Source: Piromyces finnis finn (lineage: Eukaryota > Fungi > Neocallimastigomycota). From it: a DNA stretch of 64,000 nt. The notes beneath the pieces are model-generated. The model did not search any database and was not told where the DNA came from. It was given only the letters and a program-made list of their open reading frames with translations. The stretch spans positions 1,420,025 through 1,484,024 of the forward strand of contig MCFH01000004.1 of assembly GCA_002104945.1 (NCBI GenBank), given 5' to 3'. Shown here piece by piece: positions 40,795 through 54,035 of the stretch (the stretch's first letter is position 1; each line of letters opens with the position of its first letter). The position numbers and the translations under genes were made by a program.

Positions 40795-41238
40795 TTAAAT
40801 TTCTTCACTTTTTATTTTTGTAAGTAGTAGTGAATCTTCTTCATAGGATACATCAGCAATTGGAGAAAAAGAACTGTTAGAATTTTGCTGTATTTTCTTA
40901 TTATCATCATTACCATAATAAGAAAATATGCTATTATCATAGATAGTACTACTATCGATATTTTCGAAATTTATACTATTATTAGTAAATATACTATTAT
41001 TTCTAAATTTTGAATTAGACTGATGGTTGTTTCTGCATTCATAGCGGTTATTAGTATATATACTATTTAGTCTACTTCTACCTCTATTACTTGAAAAAAT
41101 ATTTTCATCCATTGTGCCATAAAAACTATTTCTATTCCCATCATTTATATATTCCCTTTTATCATTTGTATATATACTATTAAATCTGTTTCTATTTACA
41201 TTAGCAAATATATTTTCATCTACTGTTTCAACCCTCAT
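40795..41238 (-). CDS. Hypothetical Asn/Ser-rich ORF with internal repeat (possibly a terminal exon)
   Basis: DENIFANVNRNRFNSIYTND and DENIFSSNRGRSRLNSIYTNN repeat; no family recognised. Confidence 0.4.
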   Translation of the reverse strand: MRVETVDENIFANVNRNRFNSIYTNDKREYINDGNRNSFYGTMDENIFSSNRGRSRLNSIYTNNRYECRNNHQSNSKFRNNSIFTNNSINFENIDSSTIYDNSIFSYYGNDDNKKIQQNSNSSFSPIADVSYEEDSLLLTKIKSEEI

Positions 41239-42189
41239 TATTAATGTTTACAATATTGTATTTTTCCAAAATTAAAATAAAAATAGTTATAATATAATAT
41301 ATTTTATATTATTTGGTCTATACATTTTAAGTATAATTATAGCTGTAATAAAAGATCATATAAGTAAAAAATAGAACTTTAATGGTATTTTTAATAAATA
41401 ATTATTTTTAAAAGTAAATTTTATTAATATTATATTTACATGCTGTCCTATTCTATTATATAGATTAACGACATCTAACAGTTTAAACTTAATTATTTTA
41501 ATTAAAATTATTCATATATTATATATATTATAAAATAAAATAAAATAAAAAATAAAATATGTTTAATTATAAATAAATAAAATAGGTATAATGTATATAA
41601 TGAAGAAGATCAACTTTGGGGACTTTATACTGAAGCCCATTTAAGTAGTTGTTATCTTAGAGATAGATTGGTAACAGATGATCTTTATCCAAGTGATAAA
41701 AATCATTTATTATACTATAATGATAGGCAGTTATGTTTTTAATATTCTTACATAAAATTGAAAATGATGGTAGTGTATTATGGTATTATGTAAATTATTA
41801 TTGTCTTTTATTATTGACATATTAGGTATTCCTTCTGAATAAATCGACCTCCATAAATATAACTTTTCACCTGGAAATTCCTTTTCTGTTATTAAAACTG
41901 TTTTATTATCTGAAACATATTCTGTAAATTATTTATATTGGTTATAGAGCTTCATACTTAATGACTGATTAAAAATATTCATTGTATATACTAATTTTTA
42001 CTTAATTTTTTTTATTATATTTTCATTTTCATTGGCATGTATATAAGGGTATAAAGCATTTTCATATAACATTAAATTAAACAATTGGAAATTTATAGCT
42101 ATTGGTAAAAGAAAAAATACATGGTATGAATCTAATTAGTATTTGGTCACTTGAATAATTTAAACATGGTAATAATTTACAAATAACAT

Positions 42190-43978
42190 TATCATAGGTA
42201 TCACTTTCATAAAACGTAATTTTATTTTTAGTGATTTTTATACTATCATGGCAGTATTTAATAATTATTAACAATGATAGAAATGTGTATTTGATAATAC
42301 AATCAAGACAATTTGGAAAAAGTTTGAATTTAAGTATGATTAAAGAATTCCTTGAAAAGCCTGTTAATAGAGTGAAATCTTAGAAATAATTTATTTAATG
42401 GTTTAGAAGTTTCTAAAAATAGAAAAAATATGAGAAAATTTCACAAATATCCAGTTCTTCATTTAAATTTTAAAAAGTTTAATAGCATTTTTATTTAGAT
42501 TATAAAAATGCTATTAAACACCTTAAAAATAAAATATCTTATTTATTCGTGCATCAAAGGAAAAAAAATTGATTTTAAAAATTTAGATGATGACCAACAA
42601 AGAAGATGGAAAAAGAAAAAAAAAATAAGAAAGAGGATGAAACAGGTTTAACAAAATCTATTAGATTTTTATGCAAATGTTTAAAAAAATTTTATAAAAG
42701 AAAATGCATTGTTTTAATTGATGCGTATGATAAAATTCTTATTAATTCTTTTGAAAATGGATTCTATGATGATATGCATAAAGTCATTAAATCATTGTTT
42801 TCAAATACATTTAAAAAAATAAGAATCTTTATTTTGGAATAGCAACAGGATGTTTAGTTCTTGGATTAAGTAGCATGTTTTCAGGGATTAATAATTTTAG
42901 TGAATGTTCATTACTTAATGATCCATATTTTGGTGATTGCTATCGATTTAATGAAAATGAATTAAATAAAATTTTGTCTGATTTTAACATTCCCAATCAA
43001 AAAGATAAAATTCAAAGGAAATATAATGGCTATACATGCAATAAATGCAAGATAAATAGTAAAGAGATTACTAAAAATTTGTATAATCTTATTCCTTAAT
43101 GTATTTCAGTGAAATTAATAAAAATGAGAAAGAAGATTGTGTATATGGAAATTATTGGTATGAAATTGGGAGTGTAAATAATATGATAAAAATTTTTAAA
43201 GATTAGATAAAGGTGAAGCAAACAAATTATCACTGGATGAGCCCAAATCAACTGAAAAAAAATGAAAATTCAAATCAACTTAAAAAATACAAAAATAGTA
43301 TGTTAAATCGAATCATTGTAGATAACATGAAATATGTTAATATTACAAATGGTGAAATTTTAGAAAATCTTGTTGATTTATTACAACCTATTATAGAAGA
43401 TAAATTAGAAATTGCAAATGATAAAATAATAGATAATTTTATTAGTGACCTTTTTGGAAAAGATGTTGAAAGAGTTTATAAAAATTTAAATGCACTTAAT
43501 TTTGAAAGAGTTTATCAAAATTAAGTGCATATCATTTGAAGCACAACATATATGATGAATCCAAAATATATGAAAATGTTTTTATCAAGTGTTATTAATG
43601 CAAATATTTTTGTTTTTAAAAATTAGGGGTTTAACCACAGAAGAAAAAAGTGGATATGGTAGATATGATTTTGGATTCCCTATTAAAAATTACTTTAATA
43701 ATAAAGAAAAAGAATATATTTTAATTGAAGTTAAGATTTTTAAGAAAAATATAAAATATGATGAAGAAATAAATTATAAAGAGGAAGGAAAAGAAGATCA
43801 TAATTATATCAAAAACTATCTTTTAAAGGAATGTAAAGATAATATAAAACAAATTGAAAATAAAAATTATGAAGAAAAATATAGAGCTAACGGCTATAAT
43901 AGTTTTATTAAATATGGTATTGCCTTATATAAAAAAATTTGTGAAGCTAAAATGAAAATAAATGATGGAGAAATGTAA
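42190..43978 (+). pseudogene. Degenerate AAA-ATPase-like + PD-(D/E)XK nuclease gene of bacterial type
   Basis: Fragments across frames: SRQFGKSLNLSMIKEF (Walker A), LFNGLEVSK..KYPVLHLNFK, CIVLIDAYD (Walker B), MFSGINNF, EEKSGYGRYDF..ILIEVK..IKQIENKNY; several stops and frameshifts. Confidence 0.8.
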
Positions 43979-45117
43979 AGCCCATCATAAACTAATCTCA
44001 AAAAAAAAAAAAAAAAAAAAAAAACTATTTAATAACAGAAAGTATTATATGTTGTTATAATATTTTTATTATTTATTATTTAAATTATTTTCATAATATA
44101 TAGTTATACAAATATATTTTATTATTTATTATTATTTTTAAATATTTTGTTTATTATTTATTATGGTTATTTATTTATCAATTAATCTAATTTTAAAATT
44201 AAATAAATTATTAAATTTTTTTTTTTTTTTTTTTTTTTTTGTATTAGTACTAAACATATCTTCTAAAAACATAAATTGAAAAAAAAGAAAGAAAGAAAAC
44301 TTTTACTAAATATACTATTTTTATATTGTTTAAAGAAAAAGAAATGAATATAAATATTACTTATTATGATAGTAATTAAAAATGCATTTCTACAAAAAAT
44401 AATATAAATAATATATTTAGATATTTGAATAAAATTTTAAAATGCTTTAAATTATCATTTTTTAAAAAAAAAAAAAAAAAAAAGGTATTAAAATATGGTT
44501 GTTATAAGTGTTTGATTGTTTGTTTTGTAATTTTCTTATATTTTTGTATTATTATTATTATTTACTTATTATTCAATTGTTTATTTTATATAAATATTAC
44601 TATTTATTGATTTTAAAAAAATATATATTAGTAATAATGTTTAACTTGTAAGATTATTTATATACATTAGTTATTTTTACATCTCTTTTAACATATAATA
44701 TTTTATTATGAATATATAAAATATACAAAAAATATGTTAAAATATATATAAAAATTTCATTTTGGTTTTTATACTAAATTTTAATATTTAAAATGTTTTT
44801 TTTTTTTTTTTTTTTTTCTATAATAAAGTAGATAAAATAAATAATTAAAAACGATATAATGAAAAGTTAAACATATAAAAGAGTAGCTTTTGAACTTTGT
44901 TGAATTATTAAATCTTATATATGAAGGAAATAAGTAACTAAATTATTAAAGATCATATATAAATATCATAATAATTATTTAATTTTTTTGGTAGTAACTT
45001 TTAAAACTGATAATTTAAATCATGGGTTAAATATTTGTCATTAGTATTAATGACCGTTATATATATTGATTTTAATAAATTGATATATAATTTCTAAAAT
45101 ATTAATTCACAATGAAT

Positions 45118-46009
45118 TTACTTGCTTTCTTTATTATCATCTTTGTTTTCATCTTCTTCTTCTTCATCTTCTTCTTCTTCATCATCATCTTCTTCTTCTT
45201 CATCATCATCAACATCTTCTTCATCTTCAATTTCTTGAACAATACCTTCTTCATGTAAAATATCTTCTAATTCACCATTTTTATGCATTTTATATAAAAT
45301 ATCAAAACCACCTAAAAATTCACCTTTAAGATATACTTGTGGAATAGTTGGCCAATTACTGTATTCTTTAATACCTTCTCTAACCATTGGATCTCTTGTA
45401 ACATCAAAATATTTAATATCTTCAACACCTATATTAATTTTCAAAAAAAAAAAAAATTAAATTTTTTTTAATTTTTAACTTTTTCTGTACCATTTTTATT
45501 ATTATAATTATGTATAATTGGGTAATATTTTATAAAATCTATATACCTTGAACTCTGAGCATTTGTACTAATGCAAAACTAAAACCACACTTTTAAATGA
45601 AAATAAATAATTATAGTTATATATGATTATTAAATAAATAAAATTAAGTATATAATTAATAATTATTTTAGAACATGAATATTATATATTGTCATTAATA
45701 TTATTAATTTATCTAAAATAAACAAATAAATACCTCTGGTTCATCAGGTGTACCTTTTAAAAATACAAATAAATCAGCACTCTTAATAGCTTTTTCAATT
45801 TTGTTTTTAGTGTAATTTGTTAAAGGTCTTGAAAATAATTTTGGCTTCTGTAATTTAAGAGAATTAAATGTTTTTTTTGTTGATGATGATATTAAAGAAG
45901 ATGTAGATAAATGAAAATAATTATGTTGACCATTTAATAAACATGATTTCGAAATTATTTTTTTTGAATTAAAGTATAAAGAATTATTTATGTATGAATT
46001 GGCTATTCC
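45118..46009 (-). CDS. GRX5: Monothiol (CGFS) glutaredoxin, Grx5 type; start codon unresolved
   Basis: Exons join to [11 protein letters not shown]|[11 protein letters not shown]..|[38 protein letters not shown]; Ser/Lys-rich N-terminal extension; acidic C-terminal tail. Confidence 0.88.
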
Positions 46010-48015
46010 CTATTACAATATCAAAATTTATTTATTTAAAAAAAAAATAAGATTATGTTAATTAAAGTTTATAATATAATTGTAATTATTGTAATTTAAA
46101 TTATCCATTTAAAACATATATAAAATTATTTGAAATTCAATATACACAATTTTAAGTATATTAATGGAATTTAACTGCAAATAATTAAAAATATATGATA
46201 GCAAAAAAAAAAAAAAATAACAATAATAAAACAGAGAAAGAAAGTAAAAAAAAAAAAAAAAAAAGAAAAAAGAAAAAAAGAAAAAAAAGAAAATGAAAAT
46301 TTAAATTAAAATTACACATTGAAACACAATTTGTTCAATTAAATATTTATACCGTTATATTATCTTTAAAGTCATTTATTTTATTTACTTTTATTTATTT
46401 TTATTTCTTTTAATATTATTTTAATATTAATAAATTATAATATTTACTTTTAAAGGATTTGAATTAATATTTGAAATTAAATAATTCATTTTAACACTTT
46501 TTGTCTATTAATATTGGTGTAAAGTACAAGGGAATTATATGGATTAAGAAATTATTATAAAAATAATTATTGTAATAACATAAAATTAATCTTTGTAAAT
46601 GATTGGCTGAATAATTAAATATATTTATTTTAGCTTTTAAATAATAAAATAGAGAATAAATATCAATATTACAAAGGTATTAACAATTCTTCTCATATAT
46701 TTATCATTTCAAAGTTTATTATAACCATAATTTAAATAATTAATATTAAATAGGCATTTAGTCATTTAGTGATTAAACATATAATAAATATCGTTTGCTT
46801 TAAAGGTTTAGCATTATTTCCTTCATTGATTTATTTTAAATACATTATTGTATACAGAGTGGATATAATGTAATTATATAATCTTATATTAAAAATCTTT
46901 AGGAGTTTGTAAAAACTAAGATTAATTTAATATTTAGTGTTTAATAAATATCATTAATTAATTATTATAACTTTATTAAATATATTATTATGCTAATTTA
47001 ATAAAAATGTGTTGTCTTTATATTATTATATATTGTAGGTTGTATTATTATATATGTTTAATTAATATTTTAATATTATTAATCTATTTAATTTTATTGG
47101 ATAAAATCTAGTTATTATTAAAAAGATTTTTTCAACAAATCATAATAAATTATAAATATTATATTCTAATATATGTGGCTTGATATATATCATATATACT
47201 TATTAAAATATGAATAAATTTATATATACGACAAAAATATGCATTATATAATAAGGTTTTATTATTACTATATATTAAAATTAAATAACAATGTAAATTA
47301 TATATACTATTTAGAATAGCTATAGTGTAATGTATTACACTAAAAATTTTAGTATTGTTATAATAACTAAAATCAACAAAATTATTTGAAAAATTTTAAT
47401 ATATCTAAATACTAAATTTTTTTTTTTATTTTAAAACTTACATTTTTAACATTTATTTTATTATTTATTTAATAATATAAACATGTAAGTTGCAATAAAA
47501 TGATAAATCATTATAATAAATACGTGTAAAATTGCATATATATAAAAAGGAGTATATAAAAAAGGGATATTGTTAATAACTAATGCAAATATTCTATAAA
47601 AATAAGCATACTGTATTTCTAAGATTTTAATTGTTTAGATTTCTTTTTATTGCAAATCAAAACAATTATAATCAAAAAGTTCAATGATAAATTACTTATT
47701 AGCTGATATAAAGCAAATTAAAATATAGAGTATTCACTATTGAAGTAAGAGCAACAATGAAAATTAGGAAAGATAAAACAAAAAATAATTTTAAAGTCAA
47801 ATTATTAATAATAAAAGCAATAAAGTATTCTCAAATAATACAAATTAATATACTCTCCTGCTTCATAAAATTTAATGTTTTTTTTTTTGTTTTTCTTTTT
47901 TGAATATTTATTAAATAAAATATTAATTAAATAATTTTATATTTACTTTTTATTTTTTTGTAATTTAATATTTATATAAAATAAAAATAAAAAATAAAAA
48001 AAAAAAGAATTCAGC

Positions 48016-50340
48016 ATGTCTGACGGTAAATTTAAATATAAAATATATATATTTATAAATTCAAATAGAATATAAATAATAAGTAATATTTGTATTTTTG
48101 GTTTCTCTTTTTTTTATAAATTTTAGGTAAGAAGAAGTCTAAGAAGGGAGTCACTATGAACTTGACTGATTTCCTTTCTGTTGGAAACAGTAAATATCAA
48201 TTGTTTTATTTCATACGATATGTAGAAATTTCAATTTATGTATTAATTAATATTTTTATTGAATATTAAAGGTGTTGGTAATTGGGGTGATGATATTGAA
48301 CTCCCAACTGGACGTATGTAGCTTATAAGAGAATTTCAAGAAATATTGTAAATCATTTTTTAATACAAAATAAATATAAAATTAAAATTATTAATAAATA
48401 GCACAATCCGATTCCAGATCTTATGATCGTGACAATGTATTTGGTGGTAACAATCGTTATGATAATAATGACAGATATGAAAAGTATGATAAGTATGGTA
48501 ATAACAACAACAACAACGACCATTACAATGGATATGAACGTAACAATGATCATTATGGTAATAATAATCGTTATGGAAATGATCGTCATGGTGGTAACAG
48601 AAACAATGACAGATACTATGGCGGTAGACAAGGAAATCAAAGTAAATAAAAGAAATATATTTAAATAATATGTTAATATTTAAACAAAATAATTAATTTT
48701 TATTTATAATTTAAAAATAATAATTAATATTTGAAGATCATGACAATTATGGACAAGGTAAATAAATATTCATAAACATAGTTTTTTAATAAATACAAAA
48801 TAACAATTATTTAATAATAATATTATATGAAATATTATTTGCATTTATTAATGTAAAAAGACCAAAGAAGACATTACCAAAACGATAGATATGGTAACAA
48901 CCGTTATGATAATCGTGATCGTTATGATCGTTTTGAAAACCGTGAACCAAGACAAAGACCAGTTCGTCCAATTCCAGAAAATCCACCATACACAGCCTAC
49001 TTTGGAAATCTTCCAGAAGATACAACAGAAGAAAGTTTACTTTCTATTATTGCACCATTCAAGGTATATATATAAAGAGTTATTTTATTATAAAAATAAA
49101 AATAAATAGTTTTTTAAATTTACATATAAATAATAAAAATAATTAATCTTATTATTGAATTTAATTAATATTATAAAATTTAGGTTAAAAGTATTAGACT
49201 TATTACTCACGACGATGGTAAGTTAAAGGGATTTGGTTATGTTGAATTTGAAGATCGTGCCGATTTAGAAAGTGTTATCAGAGGCCCAGAAATTGTAAAT
49301 TATTAGAAATGAATATAAATCATTAAATATATAAATATTTTTAAATATTTACCATAAACTTAATATCGTCATATACTCTATAATATAATATATAGTTATA
49401 CAAAAACCGTACTTTAAGAGTTGATGTTGCTGAACGTAAATATTAGAAATAATAAATATAAGAAACTATTTTAATTATTGTTTTAATAACTATAATTATT
49501 AATATAATTATAAAAAATAGAAAAGGAAAAGCCAGAAAAGCCAGAAAAGCCATCAGATAACTCTAATTGGAGATCTCGTTCTGAAAACAAGAACACTTTC
49601 AGTGTTTTCGGTAATCGTAATAATAACAACAATAATCAATATAACAACAATAGACAAGAATCAAACTGGAGAGTCCGTAATGGTAATAATATATTATAAA
49701 ATAATAAAAATTATAAATAAATATTAAAATAATATATACTAATAAACGTATTATTATAAAAGACAATTCTCAAGGTAGAAAGCCATTCGGTAATCATAGA
49801 ACTGATGAACCACTTTCATCACCAACTCCAGCTCCAGCTGCTCCACCAAAGAAGAAGGTTAATCCATTTGGTGATGCTAAACCAGTTGATACTGCTGAAA
49901 TCGAACGTAAGGTAGAAGAAAAAATGATTAAGGCTGATGAAGAAATTTTAAAGAGAGAAAATGAAGAAAAGAAGGAAGGAAACGAAGAAGAAAAGAAAGA
50001 AAATGTTGACGAAGAAAAGAAGGAAAGTGACGTTCCAGCTCAAGCTCCAAGAGAACGTCCAATGAGCCAACAAAAGACTCGTTCCAGCTACTATAATAAT
50101 CGTAACAGTAAACAACCAGTTGAAGAAAAGTCTTGGAGAAGAAGTACCAACTCTGCTCCAGTATTCAAATCAACTGGTGTCTTCCAAAGAAATAACAGCA
50201 ATAACCAAAGAAGATACAATAACAATCAACCACGCAACAATTATAATCAAATGAGAAAGGAAGAAGAAAATCATAATGTTGTTGAAACAAAAAACGCTTA
50301 CCAAGTTCTTCAAGATGTATGTATTAATATATACAATTAA
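48016..50340 (+). CDS. TIF3: Translation initiation factor eIF4B-like RRM protein, multi-exon (last exon uncertain)
   Basis: MSDGKKKSKKGVTMNLTDFL..GNWGDDIELP, DR-rich region, PPYTAYFGNLPEDTTEE, KLKGFGYVEFEDR, RTLRVDVAE, then KKKVNPFGDAKPVDT. Confidence 0.82.
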
Positions 50341-51261
50341 AAAATAAATATTATTACTAAATAACAAAATTATATTTTTATAACTAATCTTTATCTTTTT
50401 ATTCATAATAAATATAGGAATAAATAATTTATTTAGATTTAATATAGAGATAAAATTAATTAAGCACATTAACATTTTATTTATATATTTATAACATATA
50501 TAAAAAGCAAATAATTATCAAAAAAAAAATCAAAAAAAAAAAAAAGCCAAAATTAATTCTATATATTCATAATATTTTTTATTTATAATTTCTTTATTAT
50601 TTTATCATAAATAAAATATATATAAATTAAAAAAAAAAAGTTACCAAAGAACAAAAATATTATTTAATATATATAATTTTAAAAACTACAAAAATATAAT
50701 CATCGCATAAAAAATAGATCTTTTTTTTTATAATATTTATATTTATTTAAATGAAAGGAAGAAGAAAAAAAAGATCATAAACGAAACACTTTATAAAAGC
50801 AGACATATTAATAATAATAATGAACAAAAAAAAAAAAAAAAAGGAAAAGTCCTTTTATGATTAAAAATTAAATAGACTTTTTTAAATAATATTTAAAAGA
50901 GCTATAAAGGGAAAAAAGCAAAAGATTTTAAAAAAAATATAAAACATAGATTTAAAATAACTCAATAATAATATTTTTAAATCCTAAAAAATCTTTATAT
51001 AAAATAATAATAATAATAAAAAAATTAAATATATATATTTAGCTCTTTTTATATATATATTATGTTAGGTGATATAATGATACTTGGTGATAAGTATTAA
51101 AAAAAAAAAGTAAATTAAATATATATTATTAGTTATTATTATATTTATTATGTTTATTATTATTATTATTATTATGTTGTTGTTGATAATGTTGTTGATA
51201 TTGCTGTTTTATTAATTACTTTTATTATCTAAATAGTTTTTTTTATTAATTATAATAATCG

Positions 51262-51292
<31 letters not shown>

Positions 51293-51573
51293 CTTGTTTT
51301 ATTTGTTTTTTATTGCAATTGTATTTGTTTCATACGTTTCATACTTATTTATTAGAAACTTCTTATAAATTCAATATAAAATTACTTTTTAATATATTTT
51401 ATTTTAAATATAAATTAATTTTTAAATTTAAAATAACCTAATCTTAAATTTTAACCTTAATAAATTTATATCTTTAATTAAATTGATAAAATTATACCTA
51501 TTTTTCAATTATTCCTTTTTTTCTTTATTCAATTTAAAATTATATATTCCCTCCATATTATATATGTTTTACA

Positions 51574-53175
51574 ATGGAGGTAGAGAAGAAAGTCTCACAT
51601 GAAATATTTATAAATAAAAAAATTATTGAAAAGATTTTTTTCGAAATTGCCAATTTTAATACTAATGATAAAAATACGATAAGTCAAGATTTATTTCAAT
51701 TATTATTTGTATGCAAAATATGGTATAAAGTTTCTATTCCTATTTTATATTCTAAAATAATATATAATGGTGGGATAACAAGAGGAGTCTATCAAGGTAC
51801 ATATACTCGATTAGAAACAATTGCAAACTTTATAAATAATAATAAAAAATTATCAATAAAATTCCACATTTATAACTATCTTAACGGCAATAATAATGGT
51901 AAAAACAACAGCATAATTAAAGATTCTCAAAAAACACCATTCCAAATGGAGACAACAAGTGAAAATTTATTAGAGAATTTAGAGTTTACTGAAAATGAAA
52001 AAAAGAGTGTTAATTCCGTTGATCCAGAAATTTTAAATAAAATAAACAGAATTATTAATAATATTAATAGTTTAAAAATCAATGACAGTTGTAATTTACC
52101 CATAACAAACAAATATATTTATAAAATTAAAGAGGAAAATAAACAAATATTTAATGAAATTTCAGATAATAAAAGTATACTTTTAAATATACTACTAATC
52201 AATGAAATTCTTTTCAGAAAAATATTAGAAGGGATAGACTTTTTAAAGGTAATAAATGATAACCTAGAAGCGGCCCTTTCATTCGACAACACCAAAACTC
52301 TTGAAAACTCTTTATTTGTACCCAATATATACTCTAAAGTAAGAACTTTTTTTTTTAACAAGACAGATCAATTTAGAACAGTAGACCAACTTTTTTCATA
52401 CAAACATTCATATCTTGATTTTATTGGTAATTGCGAAAATCTTACTATATTAAGTTTTGGTAGTAAACATGATAAACAGCATTTACTCATGGAAAAGGAT
52501 TTACTGAATTTATTTTCAGCGCATTGCTTTCCTCATTTAAAATATCTTGCTTTCAATAATTTACAATATATTACAGGAGAAAACACTTTTCAAGTATTAC
52601 CATTGAATATTGAAGCTTTAAGAATTGATTATTGTAAAAATGTTACAGTGGATTCTATAATTACATTAATACGAAGAATAGGATATAAACTAAAATTATT
52701 AAGTTTAAAGGACAGTACTATAACAATAGAACTTCTTAATACCATTATTAGTTGTTGTAAGCAGTTAATATATGTTGATATTTCCTATAATAAAGTAGAA
52801 AAAGATTATGTAAAAAAAGTATTTCGTATGCAAGTTCAAAATATAATTAAATTAAATAAAAATCTTCGTGTCTTTAATGTATATGGTATTCTTGACTTAA
52901 AAAATATACAAAAAACAGAACAACTTTATCCTCAAATTAAGCTTTATAACAATGAGAATTTAAGGTCAAACAATACTACCGATTCTGAATATAATAGTAA
53001 AATATGGTATAAATATTTAGAAAATGACCTTGATATAAGTTTTAAATATCGGTTTGATTTTCCAAACCCGAAACAAGAATTTATCGAAATTGAAGATAAT
53101 AATGAAATAATTGATTTTAATACATCTGATAGTGAGGATATGATATCAGAAGATAGTGATATTTTATTTATATAA
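51574..53175 (+). CDS. F-box-like / leucine-rich-repeat (RNI-like) protein
   Basis: Intronless 533 aa; IIEKIF..DLFQLLFVCKIWYKVSIPILYSKI F-box-like motif; LRRs (LTILSF, LKYLAF, IEALRIDYCKNVT, LKLLSL, LIYVDISY). Confidence 0.75.
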   Translation: MEVEKKVSHEIFINKKIIEKIFFEIANFNTNDKNTISQDLFQLLFVCKIWYKVSIPILYSKIIYNGGITRGVYQGTYTRLETIANFINNNKKLSIKFHIYNYLNGNNNGKNNSIIKDSQKTPFQMETTSENLLENLEFTENEKKSVNSVDPEILNKINRIINNINSLKINDSCNLPITNKYIYKIKEENKQIFNEISDNKSILLNILLINEILFRKILEGIDFLKVINDNLEAALSFDNTKTLENSLFVPNIYSKVRTFFFNKTDQFRTVDQLFSYKHSYLDFIGNCENLTILSFGSKHDKQHLLMEKDLLNLFSAHCFPHLKYLAFNNLQYITGENTFQVLPLNIEALRIDYCKNVTVDSIITLIRRIGYKLKLLSLKDSTITIELLNTIISCCKQLIYVDISYNKVEKDYVKKVFRMQVQNIIKLNKNLRVFNVYGILDLKNIQKTEQLYPQIKLYNNENLRSNNTTDSEYNSKIWYKYLENDLDISFKYRFDFPNPKQEFIEIEDNNEIIDFNTSDSEDMISEDSDILFI

Positions 53176-53601
53176 AGTAAAATATCACTTTTAAATAATA
53201 GTAATAATAAATTTCTACTTTTATAATTATTGAAATATTGTAGAAATAATATATTTCAAATAGAAATCCAAATAAAAAAAAAATACCACTATCGTTTTAA
53301 TACCTAATACACATTTATTATAGAATGAATATGTAAATTCAAATAATTTATATTTAAAAAATAAAATTTTTGAAAAGAATTTTCAATTATTTTTTTTTTT
53401 TTTACAATCTTCAAAAAATGTATAGTTTTTATTACTTATTTATTTTATTTTATTTTATTTAAATTACAATTTAATAATTTATGTTTTTTCTAAAATTTTA
53501 AAATTAAATTGTTTATTATAATAAAATAATAATAATGTATATTATATATAAATATAGACAGTTATTTTTAAATTTAATTTTTACTTTTTTTTTTCCATAT
53601 A

Positions 53602-54035
53602 TTAATTAATTGAAACAGTACTGTCCTTTTCTATGTATTCAACAGATTCGTCAGTTTTTACCTTTTCTAGGATAGAGTCTGGTATATTGGCTGCTAAACC
53701 TCTAAATCCAGTCATACGATAAACTTGAGTAACATTTTCTTCACCAATTAATGAAGACAAAGTACTAATTTTATCTTCAAATTGTTGCGTATTTAATTCT
53801 TCCTTTAAAACAATAATATAAGAGTTGACTTGCTCTCTTTCAGTGATTTTTCCTGTAAAGTTGAATTTAAAATATTGTATTATATATTTCGATATTTTTA
53901 TTAATTTTATTAATAAAAGTATAGTTTTACTTTCATTTTAATATCTATCATTTCCTTACTTTTTACTAATTTACTGTTTACAAGTGTTAAAAGTAATACT
54001 AATATTGTAATATAACGAAGAATATTAAATTTCAT
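53602..54035 (-). CDS. Stand-alone secreted peptidase inhibitor I9 (subtilisin propeptide-like), 108 aa; exons 54035-53960 and 53852-53602
   Basis: Not in the ORF track. MKFNILRYITILVLLLTLVNSKLVKR..SYIIVLKEE..VTQVYRMTGFRGLAANIPDSILEKVKTDESVEYIEKDSTVSIN*; 76+251=327 nt, GTAAG..CAG intron. Confidence 0.82.

Noticed and set aside
41600-41990. Short coding-like stretches on both strands
   Set aside because: Under 60 codons, conflicting strands, no recognisable motif or consistent splice model.
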